Source: Sphaerodactylus townsendi
Lineage: Eukaryota
NCBI RefSeq assembly: GCF_021028975.2
Contig: NC_059433.1
Location: forward strand, 51,026,143-51,090,000
DNA: 63,858 bases
Direction: 5' to 3'
Shown in pieces: positions 12,554 through 24,975 of this stretch (position 1 is the first letter of the stretch; the number at the start of each line of letters is the position of its first letter). Below the pieces are notes generated by a model. That model worked only from the letters and a program-made list of their open reading frames with translations, did no database searches and was not told the origin of the DNA. A program made the position numbers and the translations under genes.

Positions 12554-13098
12554 CTTAAAAAAGAAGTCAACATTTAAAATCTAGAACGGCTTCCCCTCAT
12601 CTACACGTCACTTCTGTTTCTTCAGATTTTCTGTGAGACTATCCGACATCTCTTTAAGTCCTCCAATTCTCATCCCCAAAGAAAACAAAATAAAATATAC
12701 ACACCGTATTTATTAACATTCGCTTTTTCTCAGCATTACCATTCATTCCTACCACGTCTGTTATCACCCCCTACTGTTGATATTTAGATTTTCTTTGGGC
12801 AGGAATCCCTTATTTTGTCAATATTATACTACAAAGCAATTTTTAAAACTGACTGGATCCAAAGGTCATTTTCTGCCAGCATGAAATCATTTATATCAGC
12901 AGAAAGGGGGTGACTTTCATCACTTTTCTTCTATTGTTATCCATTAAGCTCAAACAAATGCTGTTTCTGAGGGATGGGGCAACACTGGAGGAACTGATAA
13001 AACTTGTCTCTGCCTTCTACTGATAGAAAATAACCTTTAGATATATTTCAACATAACCAAAGGTTAAGACTTCACATTACAATTTGTTACATGTAGTG

Positions 13099-13408
13099 CA
13101 GTGGTCCCCATAACAGCACCCATGGCACCCACCAACACCTTTCCTGGTGCCCATCAAATATTTTAAAGTGGGTGGGGCCAGGTGAGGGTTTTGACCAGCA
13201 AGATTTCTGATTAGCTGTGCAGATGTTTTAATGTTGTTTCAACAGCAACTGCCACCACAACACCATACCACATCTCACTCTGGGAGTGAAGGAGAGATGA
13301 GCAACCATTTTGTAGTTGACTCCACCTCCACCATTTTGTGGCTGCACACAGCATACTGTGTTGAAATTCCAAAGACATCCACAGGCGTAAAAGGATTGGG
13401 GACCCCTG
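13099..13408. mobile_element. Old hAT/Charlie-like MITE
   Basis: Ends CAGTGGTCCCCA / TGGGGACCCCTG; a related reversed copy lies at about 35115-35573; TSD not preserved. Confidence 0.55.
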
Positions 13409-13584
13409 GTGCTACTGGGATGCAATTAGGATATAGACCTCTAAATCACTCTTCCCTACTTTTTGGCTCTTCTCACCTTCTCTCTAATATTAATTCCAAA
13501 ATAATAATATGTACCACCAGCTAAAACTATTCATTTTATCTCATGTTTAGAATAGTTGTATTGACTTACAGAACCATGCAGAAA

Positions 13585-13775
13585 TGTTGTGGCTCACTGG
13601 CAGAGCATCTACTCAGCACGCAACAAGTTCAGTCTCTTGGTTCTCCAGTTAAAAGTGTGAGACAGCAGGTGATGGGAAAGACCTCTACCTGACAATGGAA
13701 AGTTGCTGCCAGTCTGAGTAGACAATATTGACCTTGATAAACTGATGGTCTCATTCAGTGAAAGGCAGCTTCAAG
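13585..13775 (+). mobile_element. tRNA-derived SINE (Squam2-like)
   Basis: A-box-like GTGGCTCACTGGCAGAGC head; related reversed copies at about 6395-6570 and 55530-55735. Confidence 0.55.
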
Positions 13776-13947
13776 GAAATATAATTTAAGAACTCTTGAT
13801 CTAGCCTTGTAACATACTAGTTTTTTAAAATCCATATTACATTTCCATGCAAAATAGAGGAGAAATTTGGTAAATTCACAGCACGTGATTGTTCATGTTA
13901 CAATGATACCTCACAAAATTATTAAAGCACACTCATAAGATCCTTAC

Positions 13948-13982
13948 CATGAAATGTTCTCCAACTTACATAAACGATCATA
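13948..13982 (-). CDS. CCDC178: CCDC178 35-nt coding microexon
   Basis: ttaattacAG|TATGAT...TCATG|GTAAGG; YDRLCKLENIS(W); needed to connect the phase-0 end of 15755-15894 to the phase-2 start of 12462-12553. Confidence 0.8.
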
Positions 13983-15754
13983 CTGTAATTAAAAATGACT
14001 TGTTTGAGTAGATAATTTAGATTATATTACAATACACATTAACGTTTACATTGAAGGTATAATAACAGTTGCACATTATAAGATAAGCATATATAAATAT
14101 ATAAATAAGCATAATTTTTTTTAAATTGTTTTGGGAGCCACAATTTCATTTCATAGACACATATCCATCTCTATTTGCAGTCCTGCTATAACTTGTGGGG
14201 CACATATAAGGTGCTGCATATTTGAATGTTGACTTCCTGAACACTGCAAGTCAAGTAACTGTAATTTTTACTACAACATACTACAATTTCTTAGATAATA
14301 AAAATTATCATTCCATCATCACCCTGCTAATTAAGGAACAAACATCTGCCATGTGTGTTCACATTACTAAGTGATGTGTAACTAAGCAAAATTGTAGAAC
14401 TAAGCAAAATTGAAGCAAAGGACCAACTTTTGTGCTATTTGTGATCTTATATATAAGGGAAAACTCTATAGGCACTGAGCCCTAAGATTAGTCCTGCATT
14501 GCTGGTGCCAATAGTGCCTTAAATTCTGCTGAATCCCTACTTCAAAGTATTTTGGTTCTACATTGCAAAGGAAAGCTCCATTCCTGATCAGGTAGCAAGC
14601 CTGAAAAACAAATTTAGTAGTGGGTGGGCCATAAGAATGTCTGACATAAAAAGCAAAAACCTTAATACAAAAACAGAATATATATAATCCACTAAGCATA
14701 AGTTAACATTTTAATATGGAAAAGAAAGTGGCAAATGTTTGGCACTCCTACCAATACCTCTGCACTCATTGGATAGAATGTCATAAATGAGGAAACAGGT
14801 CCACACTGAACTGAGTAGCTATGCAGAATACTGCCTATTTTTATTCTTTTGTTTCTATAAAAGGGTCAGAAACCTGCTCCCCCCCACACCCTAAATTGAA
14901 AGCTAAAAATGCACAAAAGCAGTCAGAAGCATCTTGGGGGGGGGGAGGGGGGAGGAACTCAAATAATCTCCATTATGACTACAATCTTGCCAAAAGCTGG
15001 TTTTCCTCAGGGCTGGACTTTTGAGGCATTGTGCAAGTAGCAATCTTAAGTGCCGCTACATATGGCCTCTCCCTCCAGAAGTTGCTCAAAGGTTGATGAA
15101 CAGCTTTGGTAGAATCCATGATTTGTTAGAGATTGTTTCAGCAAACAAAAAACTTTACCTACGCAGCTATAAGATTTTTTTGCTACCAGAAACACTTTTT
15201 GATGGGCAAGTGGGAGAGAGAAGGACAGCATTGTCTCTAGATGCCATCTCATCTACCTTAACTATATGCATCATGACAACCAAAGCAAATTTATTTTTAT
15301 CAAATTATAAGAATGTCTCAAGAGTCCAATGAGATTTACTACCTAATAAGTATGTTTGGGAGTGAAGTCTAGTTCACACTCTCCAAACACACTTACTATG
15401 AACTCAATGATTGCTTGCTTGGAAGAAATTAATCAACGAGAGTTACTTCCCAGAAACTGTGCACAGGACTGCCAGACTGCCATTGTAGGATTGTAAAGTA
15501 CCATTCTTCCTTTTTCAAAACAAAATTACAAAAATAAAGATGTCCCTTCTATGCTTTCATAATTATGTAAGAAACAGGATGGTTGGATGGATTATGTTAA
15601 GGTAGATTAAGGCTCCTCCAAAACAAGTGAAACAGTTTGACTATTTTGACATTTTCACAGAAGACAAATGAAGCTTGTATCTCCTAGATGACAGTATTCC
15701 ATAGTAGAATTAATAATCATCTACTGACTTTAAACTACTGCAGACATGTGGTAC

Positions 15755-15894
15755 CTGTTGAAAGGATGCTTCCATGTTCACTTCTAGATCTTGAATGTGA
15801 TTAATCGCTTTGTTAACACATGCAGATGGAGTAATTACAGTAGTACAACTACGTTGCTTGGAGGGAGTGTCCAATGACATCTTTTCATTTGCAC
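15755..15894 (-). CDS. CCDC178: CCDC178 coding exon (140 nt)
   Basis: AG/GT bounded; (G)ANEKMSLDTPSKQRSCTTVITPSACVNKAINHIQDLEVNMEASFQQ resembles recalled mammalian RHSCAVVNIPAPCVNKMISHIQDVESKI. Confidence 0.92.
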
Positions 15895-18494
15895 CTAAAA
15901 TAATTCCAGTTGGTGATGGGGGGAAGTAAGCATTTTAGAAGTTGCAATCATTGTGTATATACAGGAACACTTTAGTTCCATGCTGTGATTCAGCTGTGCA
16001 TATGCAGTTCCTATCAGATGATAACTGTGTTGATCAGCCATTTCTCCCAAATACCTGATTGGCACTATTGCTGTTACTAACTATTTGACAGAGCCACAGT
16101 TATTGAATAGATCTTTACAAATGCAGTCACAGTTGCTAGATTAGGATGGGGTGTAGTATGAATTTGTTTTAAAGAAGGTATGAATCCCAATATACAGGTG
16201 AGCTGATTAGAAATAAATACATTACCTTGAGTAAAAGGTATTTAAGGACAGCATCATCACAATAAAGGAATATACTGTTTTATGAAGGAAACAGAGTTAT
16301 AGCTTTAGTATCTGAAAAAATTGAAATTTTTACTCTGTGAATTGTTTATTGATGCATTCTACTGTTATTATTTTGTAATCCAGCTTTATTGTACTGTTTG
16401 TTGCATATATGAGGCCTACCTTTATTGTTTTCTTATTCTGTAATCCACCTCAAGTTTCAACAAGGCAGACTGTAAATGAAATAAATAAATAACGTACCAG
16501 ATCAATGCAATTGCAACATAAAAAAGCAAAGTCTATTTTTTCTTACAAAATTTAAATGATACACAGTTTCAGTAGAAAAAAATAGCTTCTGGTGGCGACC
16601 TGTGATTGCTGGAAGATGACAAATATAACTATATTCCAGTCACTGCTGTCACAGTTCTGCACAGCCTTGTTTATTTTTTAAAAAAATTCTTATTCAAAAC
16701 TTATGTTTACAACATTGTTATTATAGTATACATGTAGGAAATAATTATTATTATTATTATGGCCATGGTAAAAGATATGTACATGTGAGACAAGCAGAAG
16801 CGTATTGGGGGGAAATGGTGCCCAGAGACAACACTTTTGGGGGGCAGGGGCTTGGGGGCATGACTTGGGGGCACCAAGCCCTGCCCCCTGGCTTCCTTGC
16901 AGGCCAGTTCCTGAAGATGCCAGGAGCCGATCTGCACAGAGACTGGGGGGTGGGGCTTCAGGGAGGTATGAGGTGGGGCTTCAGGGGGTATGAGGTGGGG
17001 TTCAGGGAGAGGGTTCGGGGCCACCCGCCACCAAGTTATGCCCCTGGCCTCCATGCAGGGCCTGGGGATGCTAGGAGCCAGCCTGCAGGGAGGCCAGGAG
17101 GTGTGGTAGGGTGGGGTGGGTGGCCCAGGCAGCTGAGCCCCGCCCCCTGCCTCCCTTCAGGCCAGCTCCTGGGTGACTCCATGTCCCTATAGGCTGTATG
17201 CCTCTGGAGACAAGTATACAAACAGTCAGAGTTTAACTTTCATTTTTCTCTGCCACCTTTCCAAGCACTAAACACCTTGCCTGAAAGGGGAGGGGTGACC
17301 TATTAAGTCCAATAAATAATAATAAAAGTGGGCGCAGCTGCAGAACATGGTAGTAAATTTCCAGCAGTATACTGCTGTCTCTCACGTTCTTGGCTAGTAT
17401 GTTTGATCCTGAAGACAGACAGATAGGACTCAAAATGGTTCTGAGGATAATTTTATTGGACTGTTTTGGGAAGAGTAAAATCAAACTGCAAAAAACCTTA
17501 TTGCTATGATCACTTCAAGGAACTTTGCATGGCTTTTCTCTTAAGTTAGACATTAGGGGAAAGCAGTTTTGCAATCAACAAGACATACTTCTAAATAAAT
17601 ATGTTTAGGAATGAAGTGAAGATAACCAAGTTATATTGCTTCAACCACACAATGCATTGTGTGTGTGGTGTATTACATTAATACAACAGAAAATAGGTGA
17701 GAAGGAAATACTGAATATTATTACAGGTCTCAGTTTCATCAGGTAAACTATACGTAAATGCTTCTACATTCTATTTCACACTTCATTAAATAAAATTAAA
17801 CAGTTAGCAGTACAACATTGTAAATAGCTTGGCACTTCGAACTACTGTAGCAAGAATAACTTGTCAATATAGCTTTTAAAGACATTACACATAAAACTAA
17901 CATTTCAAATAGGAAAGTGAGAATTTGGCACAAACAAAATTCTTCATTTACTGCAAGACATAATGTTACATAATTGCTTGTAAAAAAAATGAAGTTACAG
18001 TGTGAAAAGTAAGAGATCACTTGTCCAAATAATACAAAAGACAAGTGGCACCTTCCATAATACATTCCACTATTCATCAAGTTTTTAAGGGATAGAAGAA
18101 TTATACTTCTAATCAATTAATTTAATCCGTGATTTTAAAAAAAAGAACAGGAAAACTTAACCTTTGTGAGCAGGTCAGTTTACTGGTCACAACGCCAAGC
18201 AATAATAAGCTCAGTAGCCAGGTCTCCAGATTGGCCCCAATGTATTTTGCAAATGTTTGCCCTTGTAAAAACTATCCTACATATTACACAGCCACTAGGT
18301 CAGAGAACAGATTTTACCTTTCAACTTGAAGTACAATATATAGAGGAAAATGTTCAGATGTTTCCAGAAAAATATGAATATGCATAGTGAGATAACATGT
18401 GTGCATACCATTCTCAAGGCCTAAACAGAATGAATCCCTGCATATAGAATAAATCTGTCAGTGTCAAACAAAACTATATTAAACTGAGCTCCAC

Positions 18495-18614
18495 CTTGCA
18501 TTAAAATGTCTTCATCTTTGTTTTGCTTTGGCCTTGAATAATTTACAGGAGCTGAGGCTGTGCTTACATGTTTCGGGAATTCTCTTTTCAGTATTTTTAA
18601 TTGAGCTGCACAAA
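18495..18614 (-). CDS. CCDC178: Probable CCDC178 N-terminal coding exon (120 nt)
   Basis: tgtgtttcAG acceptor, AAG|GTGGAG donor; open frame CAAQLKILKREFPKHVSTASAPVNYSRPKQNKDEDILMQ(G), phase-compatible with the next exon. The start-codon exon was not identified. Confidence 0.7.
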
Positions 18615-20017
18615 CTGAAACACAAATAAGATAACAGAATGCTTAATATGTGTATTATTTAAATATTTTAACATATTTGTACACAGCATTTGATCATTAA
18701 TTTTCTATTACATTTTTATCAACACTTTTTACTGTTTCAAGTGACCATAACGGATGTGGGATTTGTATAAACATATGGAGCAATTACATTAAAACTAAGT
18801 TTCAATTTGCAGTTACTAAGGCAACCAGCACATCCAGCATAAGAATGGATAAGGAAAGTCACTTTCTGCTTTGTATGGTTTTTGTTAAAAAAAAAATGTC
18901 TATAGTAGTCTGTTTCACAAAAAATGAGAGGATTTAGAAAGCATCATAAAGAGTTGCCCTGTCCACTGGTGGTAAAAAGAATACTTACCATTTCCAACAT
19001 AACATTTTGAAACAATTGTATAGCTTTTAAAATTATTTGTATGGATTTATATATTGTATTGTATTATTTAATTTGTGCACCACCCTCCCCCGAAGGGCTC
19101 AGGGCGGTGAACAACAACAGTATAATACCAAACATCAGTAATCATAACATCAAACAATCCCCCCCCCCATCAATAAACATAGCATCAATCAACATAGGAA
19201 CTCCTCTTGTAACTGCCAAACCCCTCCCCCTGCAGGTGTTTCCAAGGGGGTGGGTGGAGAAGGACTCTCACTCCTTCCCATGGACACCAGCTAACTCCCT
19301 AATCATAGATCCCACAACTACAAAAACTAAAATACAATGAACAAATTTAGAGTCTGCTCCACCTACAGCATAACCCTCCCCAAACAGTCCCCAAAGGGGC
19401 GGTGGCCTTTTGCTGGAGGCCTTTGGCTGCTGCCCAAGCCTTAGGCTGCTGGTGGAACTCTTGTTCTAACTGCCAGCCCCCCCCCCCCCACCACACACAC
19501 ACAGGTGTTTCCAATGAGGTGGGTAGGGAAGGACTCTCACTCCTTCCCATGGGCAGCAGGCGGCAGCTCACCAGGTCGACTTCTGCTTGGCTGGTTGGCA
19601 GGTAGGCAATCCAACAGGGAGGCTCTGTCTCAGGCAGGGCTGAGCAAGCATTTTGGAATGTAAAATTTCATATTAATTTATTCAATAATTTATAATAGGT
19701 AGCTGGAATGTGAATAGCTGGAATGTATGGATATTATGAAAATCTGTTTTTAACTTGGATACTGCAGTAAGGACAAAGTGGGGTCCTGCAGCTAATGCCC
19801 AAATTATAGGTAGAAAACAAACTATTTACAGCTAGGTGCACAAAGGGTGAAGGTGAAACTGACCACTCCCTCCTATCTCTGTAGTGTGTCTCAAGAAACA
19901 TCTTCTCTTGAGAGGTGAACTTGACAAGGGGTTCAAAATTTCCAGTTACCCTCACCTTTTACACTGAAGGGGCTTCTCCGAACTGAGGCTTGACTGTTTT
20001 ATCATTGATTTGTCTGT

Positions 20018-20545
20018 GGCTTTCACTGCCAAAATCAGCGGGTTGTGGTGGGGGTTTTGGGCTGCGTGGCCATGGTCTGGTAGTTTCAGCTCCTAATATT
20101 TCACCTGCATCTATGGCTGGCATGTTCAGAGACATGTCACAGTAAGAGGTGTTTCTCTCCATGGCACAAATGTGGAGTTTTTTTTCACGTAGTCAGGTAT
20201 TTGTTTTGTCCACTTCATCTCAGAAGTACCCCTCCGACTACCTAAACTCACTCCAGTTTCTGAGTCACATTCATTTAACCCACCAGGACATACATATACA
20301 AAAGCAATTACAAATGAACTCCACAAAAACACATGCCAAAGTGCTTCATCTACCTCCAACCTCAGAGCTGGACAGAACAAATATTCAACTGCACGAAATG
20401 CTCCACACTGTGACATGGAGATAAACATATCTTACTGTGACATGCCTCTGAAGATGCTAATCTTAGATGTGACTGAAATGCTAGGGGTTAAAACTACCAG
20501 ATCACAGCCATACAGCCCTGCCCCCCAAAACACAACAACACAAAA
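20018..20545. mobile_element. Penelope-like fragment with about 130-bp inverted terminal arms (degenerate hammerhead)
   Basis: 20040-20165 is the reverse complement of about 20410-20540; CCTCTGAAGATGC...GAAATG motif as at 7064-7098. Confidence 0.7.
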
Positions 20546-21019
20546 AACACAACACAACTGTTTGCAGCCTCTATACAAAAAAATAGATAACATTCGATAT
20601 CATCTAAAAATGGAACCATGTGTTTGTTGTTTCAAGAATAACCCCGCACCTGCTGGCCCAAATGCTCTGAAAATTTCACAGACACTTACTCATTCCCCCG
20701 ACTGTGTTCTTACGTACCTACCACTGTCAGACAACACACCTGAGCCAGGTAAAACATCTTTTTCCTGGAGCACCAGGCCATGAAGCTGCCTGTGTGTAAC
20801 TGTCACCCTTAGAATGTTCTTGCCCTTAGAATGTACGCTTAGATGGCCAGATATGAGCAGTGAAAACAGTACATAGGCAATAACTCGAGTGGATGTGAAA
20901 TACATACACACGTTGTGGTGAAAGACGTCAGGTGGGGTTCCTCCCCCTCACACCCAGGTACCTTTCACTCTCTGTACCTCACCCACTACTACCACACAAC
21001 ATACCTACTCTCAAACACA

Positions 21020-21410
21020 TTCAGTGGAAGGAGAGGGAATGGACGGAGGGGGAGGCATGCAAGGGAAGAGAAGTGGGGGAGGGAACAGAGAGTGAGGGGT
21101 GGCATGCAAGGGAGGGGAGGGGGCGGGCCCAGAATCTGGATATGACCCACCCACCCTAGCAGAGGGAGATGGGAGGGAGGGAGGGGGAGGGGTGGCATGC
21201 AAGGGAAGAGAGGGTGGGAGAGGGAAGGGACGGAGGGGGAGGCATGCAAGGGAATAGAAGTTAGGGAGGGGAGAGAGTGAGGGGTGGCATGCAAGGGAGG
21301 GGGAGAGAGGGGGGCACAGCATCTGGATATGACCCACCCACTCTAGCAAAGGGAAGGGGGAGGGAGGTAGGGGGAGGGGTGCCATGCAAGGGAAGAGAAG
21401 TGAGGGAGGA
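21020..21410 (+). repeat. Purine/G-rich minisatellite (GGCATGCAAGGGA units, about 186-bp higher-order period)
   Basis: Repeated ggcatgcaaggga; tctggatatgacccacccac occurs at about 21135 and 21322. Confidence 0.85.
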
Positions 21411-23450
21411 TGCGGTCACACACATCAATGACATTGCACAGTATCAGCCTGCGCGTTTCCATGAGCACGTACTGCTGGCCTCTGCAATTGATTTGCTGCT
21501 ACTGTTCCTTTCCCATTTCACCACAATAAGCACAGCAACGCATGGCTGGGCCCCGCTAGTAATCTATGAAAGACTGGCACATGCTTACCTCCCCAAACTT
21601 CTGCATCAAATGATGAGAAGCTCCTGTAGAAGTGAAAACTGATCACAGTTCTAGTGTAAACAAGATATTGAACAATCTATTTCCCAGACTCAAAGAACAA
21701 CTATGAAACTAACTTTTATGTTATTATTCAAAGCCTTTGTCCTATGAGGCAAAACTTGTGGTTTCAGTTTGGTACTTGATTAAGTTGCAAGGGGAATTTA
21801 AATAATCCAGTATGATCTACAGGGCATGGAGCATTGAACATTCTCATGCTTCCACCAAACCCTACTATCTAATTGAACCATAAATGAAATGCTAAAAATA
21901 ATCTACTGTCTTGTACAGCTGGTGGTAATGATTAACAATTCAGTGTAAGATTTTTTGGTATACATTTCCAGCCCAGTTTTCATTATATCATCATTATTAT
22001 ATATGTTTACTCTGTGTTTTCTCTTTTAAATGGTATTATCAGTTCAACTTTTTCTTGTTTATAAGCTGATTATCTGACCCTTAAATATGTCATTGAAAGA
22101 AAAACATGTTTCCCCATAGAAGTAGCCACAACAAGAGGACTCAATATATTGACTCTATAAATGAAACACAGTGGAGACAGACAACAACCCATCCTTTAAT
22201 GGAATTTGCTTTCAAGTAAGTCTGCCTAATTATTTCAAGGTACACCTACACCTTACCTTACAAAAATATTTCCAAACAGATATATGTAAGGTACTTTGTA
22301 TTATTTATATACATAATTTATATTCTGATTTTCTCCTCATTGGAACCAAAAACAGCTTTCACCACTCTTCTTGCCTCCTTTTTGTCTTCACAAAAACACA
22401 GTATGTTGAGAGCTGTGATTCTCTCAAGGTTACCCAGCAAGCTTCCATGGCAGACTAGGGATTCAAAATAGGGTCTTCCAGATCTAACATTCTAACCTCT
22501 ATACCACACTGGTTCTACAATGTGGTAATGTGGGCGGGGGGGGGGGGGGGTAGAAAGATCCCATCACAATGCCAATGACTCTTCCCTACAACTGCCCCCA
22601 TGCATATCTGTATGCACAGGGTTTGGAACCCTGAGCATACCTAATATCAGTGATGGGGGGGTTGTTTTTTATTTTAGTGAACTGAAAGGTTTCAGTACTT
22701 ATATTTGTGTTGATTTCTACCAATTTCTCCAGAGGACTTGGAAGAGTCCTGGGGCCGGGGGTGGGAGGTGCTGGTTCTGTCACAAAAAAGCCCTGCCTAG
22801 TATCGTGCATTAGTATCATGCTGCACTAGTTTAATGTATTGCTTTAACTATGACAAAGTTAACTATTTAACTTTAAATATTTCAAAGTATCAACAATTGC
22901 AAATATCATGAAGTATTTCACCAGAATCACTAATTGCTCCAGAAAGATTAATGCTCTCTCACTTCCTCTCTTTCTCAGGTATGTTTTTGTGTGTGTACAC
23001 ACGCATGCGCACGCACGCACACACAGGTTCAAATTTCTATTTCGCCATGGAAGCTCATTGAAATGGCACTGAGTCAGTCATACTCTTAGTAAATTAGCAA
23101 ATTCAATCCAGGGACCTCAACTTTAAGAGACATCTGTATGCACATACCTTAGGACAACATAAGGGGGGGGGGGACCAAGAGTCACAACCAATATCAAAGC
23201 TTAGAGCCCTTGGAATTCTGTAAGCAACTGCAATGCTAGCAAAGAAACAAAATCCCCAAGCTGGCTGACAATCCTACAGTTTTATACCAAAAAAGTCAAA
23301 ATCTGATGGCAGGCTGCAAGACCCACAAACAGATAGATAGGGGACAGCTATCAAGAGAATAATCAGTCAAACAGATACAGATAACATGTTGAAACATCCT
23401 TCAGAAAAGAACATTCATCAAAATTATAGGAGTGCCTGCTCTCAGTGGCT

Positions 23451-23531
23451 GTTGCTAGGAAACCACTATAGTGTTTTCATCCAACAAGCTTTAGTCTTTT
23501 GTCAGTAAAAGGTAAGGGGAGTGGGCGTGGC
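23451..23531. promoter_or_regulatory. Candidate CCDC178 promoter elements: RFX X-box and SP/KLF GC-box
   Basis: GTTGCTAGGAAAC (23451-23463) and GGGAGTGGGCGTGGC (23517-23531), upstream (on the minus strand) of a good donor AAG|GTATGT at 23148/23147. Confidence 0.5.
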
Positions 23532-23568
23532 TCTTTTTAGGGCTGCTTTGACCTTTGAGAGAGGTCTT

Positions 23569-23869
23569 AGAAGAAGAGAAGAGTTTGGATTTATGTCCCC
23601 CCTTTCTCTCCTGCAGGAGACTCAAAGGGGCTTACAATCTCCTTGCCCTTCCCCCCTCACAACAAACACCCTGTGAGGTAGGTGGGGCTGAGAGAGCTCC
23701 GAGAAGCTGTGACTAGCCCAAGGTCACCCAGCTGGCATGTGTGGGAGTGTACAGGCTAATCTGAATTCCCCAGATAAGCCTCCACAGCTCAGGTGGCAGA
23801 GCTGGGAATCAAACCCGGTTCCTCCAGATTAGATGCACGAGCTCTTAACCTCTTACGCCACTGCTGCTC
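23569..23869 (-). mobile_element. Full-length young tRNA-derived CORE-SINE (Squam3-like)
   Basis: On the minus strand: A box TGGCGTAAGAGG, B box GGTTTGATTCC, CORE-like ctacctcacagggtgttt, (CTT)n tail; TCTTA at both flanks. Confidence 0.85.
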
Positions 23870-24740
23870 TTACTGGGGTCAAGGCTAGCAGCAAACACTG
23901 CATGACTTACTGGTCAATTATGCACAATGTGCTTGCTGCATGATAGGGACAAATGTCCACTGTGGCAAGATTTCTTGTATGGACCTATTTCCTGGAGTCC
24001 CGCTTTCACTTTCCAGCAAGTGAAACCACTTTCAGCATGCCTTTTAATTTGTTTCACTGCCAGAGCGAGAAGAGTTGCCAGTGAGCACAGCTTTGCTCCA
24101 GACATCTTATCTCCACTGCCAGCCTTTCCACGTCCTCGTGCCACTTTGCACACCTTCCCCCTCATCCCCCATGCTGCCAGCTCCTTTAAATGTTCATGCT
24201 GAGAGATCAATATCTTGATAAAACAACAACAGAGAGGGATTTTGAAAGGAACAGTACAGTCTCTTTGACTCCACCCCACCTCCCCAGCTCTGGTTCCACC
24301 CTCTCCAATGATCAGGAGGGCTTTTTAAAATTTTATTTCAGACAAGACTTGGTTTTAAAACAAGCCTCTCTCTTCTCTTCTCATGTAGCAGCAAGAGAGA
24401 AGGGGGGAGAGGGAGAGTGTGGAGGAGAAGGGAGGGGGAGATAATATCAGCTTTAGTGTTGAGATTCTCAGGTATGATGAGATCTGTGCCTTTAAGGCTG
24501 TTGATGGGCAGAGTTAAGAGAACCAGGAGAACTAGAGGTTTAGCAGAAAAGCTGCGCTGCAGGTTATGGGCTGGGTCCTCACAAGTAAACAGAGATATGT
24601 GAGGTGAATCCACTACAGCTTTTCTGCACAGCTAAGAGGCCCGAGGTAAGTGTTGCACGTATATTGGGCCACTACCATGCAACATTAATGACTCACCCAA
24701 GCCTGGCCACTTGCTACTGTTCAACAGCAGCCACCCACAA

Positions 24741-24975
24741 CAGCCAGTGTGGTGTAGTGGCTAGAATTACAGATTAGGATCTGGGAGACCTAAGTTCAAA
24801 TTTCTACATCGTCATGGAAGCTCACTGAATTATACTGAGAGCCACATACTCTCAGCCTAACCTACCTCACAGAGTTGTTGTGAAGATAACGTGCTGGAGA
24901 AGAAAGAGAACTATGTAAGTTGCTTTGTGTCCCTATTGTGGAGAAAGGCAATGTATAAAGTAAAAATAAAATTAA
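24741..24975 (+). mobile_element. tRNA-derived CORE-SINE, older copy
   Basis: GTGTGGTGTAGTGG A box, GTTCAAAT B box, cctacctcacagagttgttgtgaagataa core, A-rich tail. Further partial copies at about 10845-11005, 22310-22515, 30555-30790 and 43310-43405. Confidence 0.75.

Noticed and set aside
23805-23869. tRNA gene
   Set aside because: The A and B boxes belong to a SINE head; no complete cloverleaf.
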